From an uncultured Neomegalonema sp. (lineage in GTDB: Bacteria > Pseudomonadota > Alphaproteobacteria > Rhodobacterales > Rhodobacteraceae), in the NCBI GenBank assembly GCA_964641645.1, contig CAZXMX010000001.1:1-57665 (forward strand): a DNA stretch of 57,665 nt. The letters are read 5' to 3'. A model generated the notes under the pieces. It was not told the DNA's origin, did no database searches, and worked only from the letters and a program-made list of their open reading frames with translations. The stretch's first letter is position 1. Each line of letters starts with the position of its first letter. Shown one piece after another: positions 9,838 through 18,494 of the stretch. A program made the position numbers and the translations under genes.

Positions 9838-10692
9838 TCAAGCTGCATACGCCTCTCTGACATAGCGCCCAAACTCTCGGCCCAAATCTTCGTTGGCCGT
9901 ATTCTCCGCGATGTAAAGGTTGATCGAGAACTCCGGCAACTTCGGCAGCTTTCCGTTGTGAGGGATCGCCTCTAAGCGATCATCATACGATCCATCCAAG
10001 ACAGCCATGATCGACAAGTCAGCAGCCGTCGCCATGGTCGCGCCGAGATCCGTGTCGGTTTCGACCCCCGCATGCCATTCAAGACCAGCATCATCCAGGG
10101 CGGCTTGAGCCACGGGCTTGAAAGCACAATGTTTGGCGCTTGCAAACGCAACTGGGTCCTTTGTCCATGCTTTCCCGCCCGGTGCGCCGCACCAAGTCAG
10201 CGGCTGAACGGCAAGACAATCTGCAGCCGGGTTTGCCTCCGCCTCCGTCGTTAAGATCACGTCGAGCTTTCCGGCGTGGAATTCATCCAACAGCTTCGCC
10301 GAGTAGGAGCTGACAAAATTCACGCGAACCCTCGGGAAATCCCGGTCAAACCGGCTTAGAATCTCCGGGCCATGGGGGTAGATGATGTCGCAAGGAATAC
10401 CGAACGCGACGGAGCCCTCAAAGCGCGGGGCAATCATCCGATCCACAGCATCATCATTCAGCGCGATCATTCTGCGCGCATATTCAAGCAGTTGCTCACC
10501 TTCGGTCGTCGGTGCCACCCCGCGTCCCGCCCGATCCAGCAACGTCGTATCGAGGCTCTGTTCCAGTCGCTTGATCTGCATAGAAACCGCAGACTGGGTA
10601 AGGTTCAACCGAGACGCCGCCCGAGTCACCCCGCCCGCGTCAATGACCGCTGCAAAACTCCGAAGCGTTCCGACGTCCAAATTTCTTCGCAT
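9838..10692 (-). CDS. LysR family transcriptional regulator
   Basis: MRRNLDVGTLRSFAAVIDAGGVTRAASRLNLTQSAVSMQIKRLE is a canonical LysR HTH. I prefer ATG 10692 over TTG 10704. Confidence 0.85.
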   Translation of the reverse strand: MRRNLDVGTLRSFAAVIDAGGVTRAASRLNLTQSAVSMQIKRLEQSLDTTLLDRAGRGVAPTTEGEQLLEYARRMIALNDDAVDRMIAPRFEGSVAFGIPCDIIYPHGPEILSRFDRDFPRVRVNFVSSYSAKLLDEFHAGKLDVILTTEAEANPAADCLAVQPLTWCGAPGGKAWTKDPVAFASAKHCAFKPVAQAALDDAGLEWHAGVETDTDLGATMATAADLSIMAVLDGSYDDRLEAIPHNGKLPKLPEFSINLYIAENTANEDLGREFGRYVREAYAA

Positions 10693-10912
10693 CAACCACT
10701 CCAATCAACAAAAGCGATGAATAGCATCACAAACATTCGATTTACTGATGGGATCATGTCTGCGAGGTCTCATTCCGTCAAGTGATGCTGAAAGAGCAAT
10801 TCATCACTATTTGTGAGATATATTATCAGCACGTGTGCTGGCCAACACAGCTCTCCTTCGCCGGGTGCTGCAAAGTCATCGCACAACACCGCAAGTGAAG
10901 GAGAACATCATC

Positions 10913-11125
10913 ATGGCGACCGCAATCAAACGCAGTTCCCTGCACTGGATTGAAAGTGCTATTGCCGCCCCGATTCACGGATTGGTGGGTTGGTATCGCG
11001 TTTCACAAGAGCGCGCAGAGCTTACAAAATTGCCAGCAGATCGCTTGTCCGACCTTGGCATTACTAAGCGCGAGGTTGAATGGGAAGCCGCTCGCCCATT
11101 CTGGCAGGCGAAGCGCGACAATTGA
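10913..11125 (+). CDS. DUF1127 domain-containing small protein
   Basis: ATG 10913 is preceded by GAAGGAGA. The C-terminal LSDLGITKREVEWEAARPFW is the DUF1127 signature. Confidence 0.7.
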   Translation: MATAIKRSSLHWIESAIAAPIHGLVGWYRVSQERAELTKLPADRLSDLGITKREVEWEAARPFWQAKRDN

Positions 11126-11157
11126 TCCTACCAAACGTCCGCGCATGACCTAGATTT

Positions 11158-11176
11158 CCCTCAACAGCGTTGAGGG
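11158..11176 (+). promoter_or_regulatory. 8-bp perfect hairpin (CCCTCAAC-agc-GTTGAGGG) whose 3' arm contains the phrB Shine-Dalgarno
   Basis: Read directly. GAGGG at 11172-11176 lies 6 nt upstream of the TTG start at 11183 and pairs with CCCTC at 11158-11162. It could alternatively be a weak terminator for the DUF1127 gene, although no U-tract follows. Confidence 0.4.
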
Positions 11177-11182
11177 AATCAT

Positions 11183-12589
11183 TTGACGGCAACACTTTAC
11201 TGGGTGCGAAAAGACTTCCGTCTTTCCGATAACGCTGCACTGCTTTCCGCCCTGGACACGGGTGGGCCGGTGGTACCTGTGTGTATCCTCGACGAGGTCG
11301 TTGAGACCTACGGCGCCGCGCCAAAATGGCGCTGGGGCGAAGGCGCAAAGGTTTTCGCCAAGACGCTCGAAACGAAGAAATCCAAGCTGATCTTTCGGCG
11401 GGGCCAAGCGTTAGAAGTGCTCCGCGATCTCATCGCTGAAACTGGGGCAACCCGCGTCGTCTGGGGCCGTCAGTACGACCGCGCGGCTAAAGTCCGAGAT
11501 ACCGCTGTCAAAGCCGCCCTAAAGGCGGACGGCATCGAGGCCATCAGCGTTCGAAATCATTTGCTGACCGAACCGTGGGAAATTGAAACTAAAACCGGCG
11601 GTCCGTATCGCGTCTATACGCCCTACAAGAACGCGTGCTTGGCGCGAGAGCATTTCTCCGCACCGCACCCTGCGCCATCAAAGTTCCAAGCTCCATCGAA
11701 CTGGCCGGCCTCGGACACGCTCGACGATTGGCGACTCGACAAGGCCATGGATCGCGGAGCAAGTGTCGTTGCCGAGTATTCTGCTGTCGGAGAGAAAGCC
11801 GCGCTCAAACGCCTCGACACATTCCTCGACAAACTGGCAGATTATTCCAACGCACGGGACACGCCCTCAGTCGTCGGCACGTCGCGACTCTCGGAAAACC
11901 TTGCTTGGGGCGAGATTTCGCCCCTAACAATCTGGTCGGCTGTCAAAGCCGCGCCGGGCGGAAGCACCGATGGCGCAAAAATCTTTCTCTCCGAAATATT
12001 GTGGCGCGAGTTTGCCTACCACCTCACGCATCATTATCCGCACATCGGCGATTCGAATTGGCGGGACGAGTGGGACAACTTTCCTTGGCGCAAAGACAAT
12101 GACGACGCCGAAATCTGGCGGCGGGGCATGACCGGCCTCCCCTTCGTTGATGCGGCGATGAGAGAACTTTACACCACCGGGACAATGCACAACCGCTTAA
12201 GGATGCTGACCGCCAGCGCGCTGACCAAACATCTTATGACCGACTGGCGTGTGGGCGAGAAGTGGTTTGCAGATTGCTTGCTTGATTGGGACCCTGCTTC
12301 GAACGCGATGGGGTGGCAATGGGCGGCGGGCTCTGGTCCTGACGCCTCGCCCTTCTTCCGAATTTTCAATCCGGAAACGCAGCGAGACAAATTCGACCGT
12401 GCCGGGACGTATGTTGAGAACTGGTTGGCTGAGAAAGCTCTCAAACCATCGAAGGATGGACAACGATTCTTCGAGGCCATTCCAAAAAGCTGGGCCATGA
12501 CACCAGATCAAACCTATCCAAACCCTATTGTTGACTTGAAGGCGGGCCGCGAACGCGCACTCGCGGCGTATAAGGAACTGCGTTCATGA
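11183..12589 (+). CDS. phrB: deoxyribodipyrimidine photolyase / cryptochrome family protein
   Basis: 468 aa. LYWVRKDFRLSDN, WREFAYH, GWQWAAG.G.DA.PFFRIFNP and the TG.P.VDA.MREL blocks are present. Confidence 0.85.
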   Translation: MTATLYWVRKDFRLSDNAALLSALDTGGPVVPVCILDEVVETYGAAPKWRWGEGAKVFAKTLETKKSKLIFRRGQALEVLRDLIAETGATRVVWGRQYDRAAKVRDTAVKAALKADGIEAISVRNHLLTEPWEIETKTGGPYRVYTPYKNACLAREHFSAPHPAPSKFQAPSNWPASDTLDDWRLDKAMDRGASVVAEYSAVGEKAALKRLDTFLDKLADYSNARDTPSVVGTSRLSENLAWGEISPLTIWSAVKAAPGGSTDGAKIFLSEILWREFAYHLTHHYPHIGDSNWRDEWDNFPWRKDNDDAEIWRRGMTGLPFVDAAMRELYTTGTMHNRLRMLTASALTKHLMTDWRVGEKWFADCLLDWDPASNAMGWQWAAGSGPDASPFFRIFNPETQRDKFDRAGTYVENWLAEKALKPSKDGQRFFEAIPKSWAMTPDQTYPNPIVDLKAGRERALAAYKELRS

Positions 12590-13902
12590 AAATTGCTGTG
12601 ATCGGTGCCGGAATATCCGGCCTAGGGGCAGCGATGGCGTTGAAGGACGACCACGACGTCACGGTCTATGAAAAACAATCTCGTCTTGGTGGTCACGCAA
12701 ACACGGCCATTATCGACTACCCGCTGGCAAATGGCGGCACGCGAGAGATCGCCGTCGACACCGGTTTCATTGTCTACAATCGCAAAACTTATCCAAACCT
12801 CTGCGGATTTTTCGACCATCTTGGTGTGGAAACAGAATGGTCCGATATGTCGCTCGGATTCTCAATCGATGAGGGCCACATTGAGTGGGCCGGGGACGAT
12901 CTCAACAAAATCTTTGCGCAGCGCCGAAACCTCGTTCGGCCCCGGTTTATCAAGATGGCCCGAGAGGTCCTCAAATTTAACGACGAAGCCCTCGCCGATT
13001 TTCATGCTGGAATGGACGGCTCGGTTAGTATCGGAGAGTGGTTGGGTAAACGCGGTTACTCCGATCAGTTCAAGCGCTGGTACCTCTACCCGATGGCGGG
13101 ATCGATCTGGTCAACCCGCAGTTCGGACATTGCCAATTTTTCAGCACGCGCTCTTTTCGGATTCTACGAAAACCACGAGCTGTTTGCGGGTCTCGGCGGC
13201 GCGGTGCAATGGCGAACGGTGACGGGTGGCTCGCGTCAATACGTTGAGAAGGTCTCCAATTTCCTTGGCAGTCGCGTAAAACTGAACGCTGCCATCACAG
13301 CCGTTGAAAACGGTGGACTCGTTCGGCTCGCAGACGGTTCGGCTGTAGAGTACGATCAGGTCATTCTCGCGACGCACTCTGATGAAGCCCTCGCACTACG
13401 AAGCGACGCGGACGATCAAACGCGCGACCTCCTGTCCTCAATCCGATACGCGCCAAACAAAGCTTACCTCCACCGCGATGATAGTCTGATGCCTCGCAAC
13501 AAGCGCGCATGGTCGAGCTGGAACGCTCTATCCGGAGGAACTGCGCAGTCCAAGGGCGCAAGCCTCAGTTACTGGATGAACCGCCTCCAGAATATCGATC
13601 GGGACACGCCATTATTTGTGACACTGAATCCAGAACACGAACCTGATCCGGCTCTAACTTTCTCGTCGGTTGAATATGCACACCCGCAATACGACGCTGC
13701 TGCATTTGCAGCACAAGAGCAATTCGACACAGTTCAAGGCCGTAACGGAATTTGGTATGCTGGCGCGTGGCTTGGTTTTGGTTTCCACGAGGATGGTTTA
13801 AGGGCCGGACTTCGCGTCGCGACATCCTTAGGTTCTCGGCCTGAATGGGTTGCGGACACGGCGACACCAATTCGATCCGAAGCGTTGTTGGCTGCTGAAT
13901 GA
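12586..13902 (+). CDS. NAD(P)/FAD-binding oxidoreductase (amine-oxidase/phytoene-desaturase-like, COG2907-type)
   Basis: MKIAVIGAGISGLGAAMAL...VYEK..RLGGHANT. ATGA overlap with phrB. Confidence 0.8.
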   Translation: MKIAVIGAGISGLGAAMALKDDHDVTVYEKQSRLGGHANTAIIDYPLANGGTREIAVDTGFIVYNRKTYPNLCGFFDHLGVETEWSDMSLGFSIDEGHIEWAGDDLNKIFAQRRNLVRPRFIKMAREVLKFNDEALADFHAGMDGSVSIGEWLGKRGYSDQFKRWYLYPMAGSIWSTRSSDIANFSARALFGFYENHELFAGLGGAVQWRTVTGGSRQYVEKVSNFLGSRVKLNAAITAVENGGLVRLADGSAVEYDQVILATHSDEALALRSDADDQTRDLLSSIRYAPNKAYLHRDDSLMPRNKRAWSSWNALSGGTAQSKGASLSYWMNRLQNIDRDTPLFVTLNPEHEPDPALTFSSVEYAHPQYDAAAFAAQEQFDTVQGRNGIWYAGAWLGFGFHEDGLRAGLRVATSLGSRPEWVADTATPIRSEALLAAE

Positions 13903-14732
13903 TCCTCCCCGCGCCATCCGTCTATGTCACGCGCGTCATGCACCTGCGCATGTTGCCGAAGGGAAATCGAAAGCACCAATTCCGCTATTCTGTCTTTCGA
14001 TTTTGGCTGGACATCGACCAGATCGAACAAACACTCAAGAACCTTAAAACCGTGGGGTACAACCGATTCAATCTCTTCGGTTTCTTTGAACGCGATCACG
14101 GTCCGCGCGACGGGACACCCTTGCGCCCATGGGTGGAATCTTTGCTCGCGGACGAAGGTGTTGCACGCCCTGCCCGCATCATGCTCTTCTGTCTGCCGCG
14201 TGTCTTTGGATACGAGTTTAACCCCCTTGCGATGTACTGCGCTTATGATGAGCAAGGCAAATTGACGGGAGTGGTTTATCAGGTCCGCAACACCGACGGC
14301 GACCTCTCACCCTACGTCGCCAATGTTCAGCGCGACGGACTGAGACATGGGATGGAAAAGACCTTCTATGTCTCGCCCTTTATTGACGGCGACCAACGCT
14401 ATGGATTCACCCTCCGCGCTTCGGACGAGTCGATCGCGCTTCGCATCAAGGTCGATAGCCCTTCCGGCCTCACAATGATCGCGACCGAAGTAGGCGAGTC
14501 CCAAGCGCTAACGGATCGCGCGCTTCTAAAACTGGCCATACTCAAACCGCTTTTGAGTTTCAAAATTATTCTCGGCATTTACTTCGAGGCTGTTCGCCTG
14601 CGCTTAAAAGGCGCACCGTTTTTCAAACACCCTGGCAACAACGGTCTGTATCAGTACACATCTAGGCAAATTAATTCGGGCGCAGGATCAGTGTCTCCCG
14701 CTCGCTCCAAGGAAGTTCGAGACCCCACATGA
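13899..14732 (+). CDS. DUF1365 domain-containing protein
   Basis: V.H.R..P....F.Y.VF.F.LDID and FFERDHG blocks are present. ATGA overlaps on both sides. This is the usual partner of the flanking two genes. Confidence 0.8.
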   Translation: MILPAPSVYVTRVMHLRMLPKGNRKHQFRYSVFRFWLDIDQIEQTLKNLKTVGYNRFNLFGFFERDHGPRDGTPLRPWVESLLADEGVARPARIMLFCLPRVFGYEFNPLAMYCAYDEQGKLTGVVYQVRNTDGDLSPYVANVQRDGLRHGMEKTFYVSPFIDGDQRYGFTLRASDESIALRIKVDSPSGLTMIATEVGESQALTDRALLKLAILKPLLSFKIILGIYFEAVRLRLKGAPFFKHPGNNGLYQYTSRQINSGAGSVSPARSKEVRDPT

Positions 14733-15952
14733 CGACATCTAACGAACGCATCACGGATCTCAACTCTGCAGGAAAGTTACCTCGCTGGTTCCATACAGTA
14801 TTTAGCACGGTTCAATGCCTTGAGCGTGGTCGCCTTGAGATTACCCTTCCCGATGGCCGCACGTTCGTTGCCGAAGGGAAGGATGACGGCCCGGTCGGAG
14901 TTGTTCATTGCCACAACAATAAAACGTGGGGCCGAACCATTCGTGACGGCGCAGATATTGGTTTTGCCGAAGCCTATGTTGATGGCTGGTGGTCATCTCC
15001 CGACCTTCATGCGGTCTTAGATGTCTCGCTGCTCAACAACGAGGAGATGGCGCGAAATCTAACCATGACACCCATCGCCCGCGTCGTCGAAGGCTTACGT
15101 CATCTCACACGCCGCAATACGCGAAAAGGATCGCGCAAAAACATTCACGCGCATTACGACCTGGGCAATGCGTTTTACGAGCTTTGGCTGGACCAAAGCA
15201 TGACATACTCTTCGGCGCTCTATTCCTCACCCGGCGATACGCTCGAACGCGCTCAACAGAACAAGTACGCGGCGCTCTGCGACAATCTCAATCTCGAAAA
15301 CGGCCAATCCGTTCTTGAAATTGGCTGTGGTTGGGGCGGCTTTGCCGAATACGCCGCAAAAGAACGGGGAGCGAAAGTCACGGGCCTCACGATCTCTCAG
15401 GAACAGCACGACTACGCCAAGAAACGCATCTTTGATGCTGGACTGAACGAGCAGGTCGAAATTGTCATGCGGGATTACCGCGACGAAACGGGCACCTATG
15501 ACCGTGTCGCCTCGATCGAAATGTTCGAGGCGGTTGGTGAGAAATTTTGGCCGGTATTCTTCAACGCCCTGCGAGACCGCTTGAAGCCCGGCGGACTTGC
15601 ATCCATGCAAGTCATCACCATCGCCGATCATCTGTTTGAGGGGTATCGCGGCAAGGTCGATTTTGTTCAAAAACACATCTTCCCGGGCGGCATGCTCCCT
15701 TCGCCAAGCGCGCTTCGAGACCAAACAACCAAGGCAGGATTAAGCTGGAACGGTTCGCAGGAATTCGGACAAAGCTACTCAACCACCCTCCGTAAGTGGT
15801 CAACCGATTTCAACGCAAGGTGGGACGACATCGTGCCCCTCGGCTTTGACGAGCCTTTTCGGCGCAAATGGAACTTTTACCTTGCCAGCTGCGCGGCTTG
15901 CTTTCTCGCCGGCACGACGGACGTCACGCAAATGACGGTTCAGAAGGCATAA
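14729..15952 (+). CDS. cyclopropane-fatty-acyl-phospholipid synthase family SAM-dependent methyltransferase
   Basis: HYDLGNAFYELWLD..M.YSSA, VLEIGCGWGGFA and SIEMFEAVG blocks are typical of CFA/mycolic-acid-synthase-like enzymes. Confidence 0.85.
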   Translation: MTTSNERITDLNSAGKLPRWFHTVFSTVQCLERGRLEITLPDGRTFVAEGKDDGPVGVVHCHNNKTWGRTIRDGADIGFAEAYVDGWWSSPDLHAVLDVSLLNNEEMARNLTMTPIARVVEGLRHLTRRNTRKGSRKNIHAHYDLGNAFYELWLDQSMTYSSALYSSPGDTLERAQQNKYAALCDNLNLENGQSVLEIGCGWGGFAEYAAKERGAKVTGLTISQEQHDYAKKRIFDAGLNEQVEIVMRDYRDETGTYDRVASIEMFEAVGEKFWPVFFNALRDRLKPGGLASMQVITIADHLFEGYRGKVDFVQKHIFPGGMLPSPSALRDQTTKAGLSWNGSQEFGQSYSTTLRKWSTDFNARWDDIVPLGFDEPFRRKWNFYLASCAACFLAGTTDVTQMTVQKA

Positions 15953-16021
15953 CGCTCACAAAGATTGCCAAGCGGCTCACTTCGTGGAAACCCTTGTTTT
16001 GAGAAGCAAGGGATTCTGGAT

Positions 16022-17242
16022 ATGAGCGTGACAGTCGATTTTCAAACACCGAAACGCAGCAGCTATGATGTCATCATCGTTGGCGGCGCAATGTATGGGT
16101 CTTCCGTCTCTTGGTGGCTGTCGGACAATGCCGATTTCAACGGAACGGTGCTGGTTGTAGAACGTAATCCGACCTACGAAAATACTTCGACCACCTGCAC
16201 CAACAGTTGCATCCGCCAGCAGTTCTCAAATGAAATCAACGTTCAGGTCTCGCAGTTCGGCGCAGAGTTTATCAAGAATTTCCGTTCGTTCATGGGCAAT
16301 GATGATCGGGTGCCCGATGTGGTGTTGCAAAGTTATGGCTACATGTATTTGGCTGATACTGCCGAGTTCGCTCAGACCCTCCAAGAAGCCCAAGCCGTCC
16401 AGAAATCGCTCGGCTCGGCGACGAAGCACATGACCCGTGATGAAATCGCCCGCGACTACCCTTTCTACATGCTGGACGATATTATCGGGGCAAACCACAA
16501 CCTGGTGGACGAAGGCTATTTTGACGGCAATACGCTGTTCGACTGGTGGAAACGCTCCGCGAAAGAACGCGGCGTCGAGTACCTCACCAACGAAGTTACC
16601 GGCATGACCAAGAATGCGGCGGGAACGAGGATTGAGAGCGTCACACTCTCGACTGGCGAAACCCTCGCATGCGGCACTGTCGTCAATTGTTCAGGACCCC
16701 GTGCTGTTCTCACCTCGCGCATGGCTGGCATCGAAGTTCCTGTCGAGCCGCGCAAACGCTACACCTTCATCTTCGACGCGGAAAATCCGCTCGATCAGGA
16801 CCTGCCGCTCACAATTGATCCCTCCGGCGTCCATATGCGCACCGATGGGCAGTATTACCTTGCGGGTTGCCCGCCGGATGAAGACCCCGCCGTTGACTAT
16901 GACGACTTCGTTCAGGATCACTCGATATGGGAAGAAAAAGCGTGGCCAACGATCGCCAACCGCATTCCGCAGTTCGAAGCGATCAAGCTCATTAACTCAT
17001 GGGCTGGCCATTATGCCTTTAACGTTCTCGATCAAAACGCGATTATCGGACCGCACACGGAGGTCGAAAATTTCGTCTTCGTGAACGGATTCTCAGGCCA
17101 CGGCTTCCAACAGTCGCCAGCAATGGGACGCGGCGTCGCGGAGTGGATTGCACATGGCGAATACCGCACGCTCGATCTTTCGCCGTTTGGATATGATCGC
17201 GTAGCCGAAGGTCGAAAATTTTTGGAAACAGCAATCATTTGA
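16022..17242 (+). CDS. FAD-dependent oxidoreductase (DAO family)
   Basis: YDVIIVGGAMYGSS dinucleotide fold and C-terminal GFSGHGFQQSPA motif. ATG 16022 is in frame with the track ORF. Confidence 0.8.
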   Translation: MSVTVDFQTPKRSSYDVIIVGGAMYGSSVSWWLSDNADFNGTVLVVERNPTYENTSTTCTNSCIRQQFSNEINVQVSQFGAEFIKNFRSFMGNDDRVPDVVLQSYGYMYLADTAEFAQTLQEAQAVQKSLGSATKHMTRDEIARDYPFYMLDDIIGANHNLVDEGYFDGNTLFDWWKRSAKERGVEYLTNEVTGMTKNAAGTRIESVTLSTGETLACGTVVNCSGPRAVLTSRMAGIEVPVEPRKRYTFIFDAENPLDQDLPLTIDPSGVHMRTDGQYYLAGCPPDEDPAVDYDDFVQDHSIWEEKAWPTIANRIPQFEAIKLINSWAGHYAFNVLDQNAIIGPHTEVENFVFVNGFSGHGFQQSPAMGRGVAEWIAHGEYRTLDLSPFGYDRVAEGRKFLETAII

Positions 17243-18036
17243 CCCTGAACCCCAGCAGCAAAGTCATTGTCTTCACCGACATCCACATCGATGTGGAGCC
17301 AAGGGCCGATGCACCCAACGCCGAAGAACGTCTTGCCGCTGGTGTCGCTCATGTCATGGCCCATCAGCGTAATGCGGATCGGGTTATCATCACCGGCGAC
17401 CTAACCCACAAGGGCGATATCGCGTCATACGAGCGAATCCGCGATCTGTTGGTTCCGCTGAAACTTCCTGTCCATCTGCTCGTTGGCAATCATGATCACC
17501 GGGAGAATTTCCTCAAAGTCTTCCCAGAAACACCGACAGATCCCAACGGATTCGTCCAATCCGTTATCGAAACTCCTGATGTCCGACTCATCTTGCTCGA
17601 TACGCTTTTCGGGCCGCCTTATGAGTATCCGGCCTCGCACGCGGGCAAGCTTTGCCAAGATCGCCTCAGCTGGCTTCAAAACATCCTTACTGAGAGCGAC
17701 AAACCTTGCGTCATCCTGATGCATCACCCGCCCATGAAAACCGGCTTTGCCGCAATGGACCCCATCATGCTGCGGGACAGCGATGCGTTCTATGAGATCG
17801 TCGAAGATGCGGGGACGGTCACACACCTCATCTGCGGCCATATCCACCGAACAATATCGGGGAGCCATCGCGGGTTATCTTATTCAATGTTTAAGAGTTT
17901 TGTCGGCCAAATGCCGCTCAATTTCGAGACGACCGATACCCAAGTTGAGGTCAATGAACCACCGGCCTACGGCGTGCTTTTGATGACTTCGCAAGGGATT
18001 GCCGCACACAGTGAAGACTTCCTGTTCGACCATTAA
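17239..18036 (+). CDS. metallophosphoesterase (class III cyclic-nucleotide / GpdQ-like phosphodiesterase)
   Basis: FTDIHID, ITGDLTHKGD, VGNHDHRE, MHHPP and CGHIHR metal-ligand blocks occur in the canonical order. The TTG start overlaps the upstream stop. Confidence 0.8.
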   Translation: MTLNPSSKVIVFTDIHIDVEPRADAPNAEERLAAGVAHVMAHQRNADRVIITGDLTHKGDIASYERIRDLLVPLKLPVHLLVGNHDHRENFLKVFPETPTDPNGFVQSVIETPDVRLILLDTLFGPPYEYPASHAGKLCQDRLSWLQNILTESDKPCVILMHHPPMKTGFAAMDPIMLRDSDAFYEIVEDAGTVTHLICGHIHRTISGSHRGLSYSMFKSFVGQMPLNFETTDTQVEVNEPPAYGVLLMTSQGIAAHSEDFLFDH

Positions 18037-18158
18037 CGAGTGGAATAGTTGGTTAACGTATAGAATTTTATGGATTATTTTCGCAAAATTGTTCGCAGTA
18101 ACTAATTTTATAGCAACCAACCTCCAGTAAAGTGTCCTCCTCAATCGTGGGGGAAACC

Positions 18159-18494
18159 ATGGCTTCTGCATCAGCTCTTCAAGAACCAGTGATCGACCGT
18201 CAGGCGCTTGATCGCCATACGATGGGCAACGCGGCACTCCAGCAAGAGCTATTCATCCTGTTTTTCGATCAGATGCCGGTCTATCTCGACCAACTCGACG
18301 AAGCCGTTTCCAGCAACGATCAAGATAGCTGGCGGATGGCCGCTCACGGAATTAAAGGGTCGAGCCGCGCGCTCGGGTTTAATCGGCTCGCCAAGCTGTC
18401 TGCAGAGTGCGAGACCAAAGCACCTCAAGGCGCTGCGGTTTCAGAACTTCGCGAAGTCATCGAAGCGACACGCGAAAGCCTCGAAGAAACCTAA
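18159..18494 (+). CDS. single-domain Hpt (histidine phosphotransfer) protein
   Basis: AHGIKGSSRALG contains the phospho-accepting His in the H.lKGs context. ATG 18159 is preceded by GGGGGA. Confidence 0.7.
   Translation: MASASALQEPVIDRQALDRHTMGNAALQQELFILFFDQMPVYLDQLDEAVSSNDQDSWRMAAHGIKGSSRALGFNRLAKLSAECETKAPQGAAVSELREVIEATRESLEET

Noticed and set aside
11123-11128. TGATCC hexamer upstream of phrB, reminiscent of the -35 element I associate with Rhodobacter RpoE (singlet-oxygen sigma factor) promoters
   Set aside because: I cannot recall the -10 consensus or spacing reliably, and no convincing -10 follows at 16-18 nt. The hexamer also overlaps the DUF1127 stop codon, so it may be coincidental.
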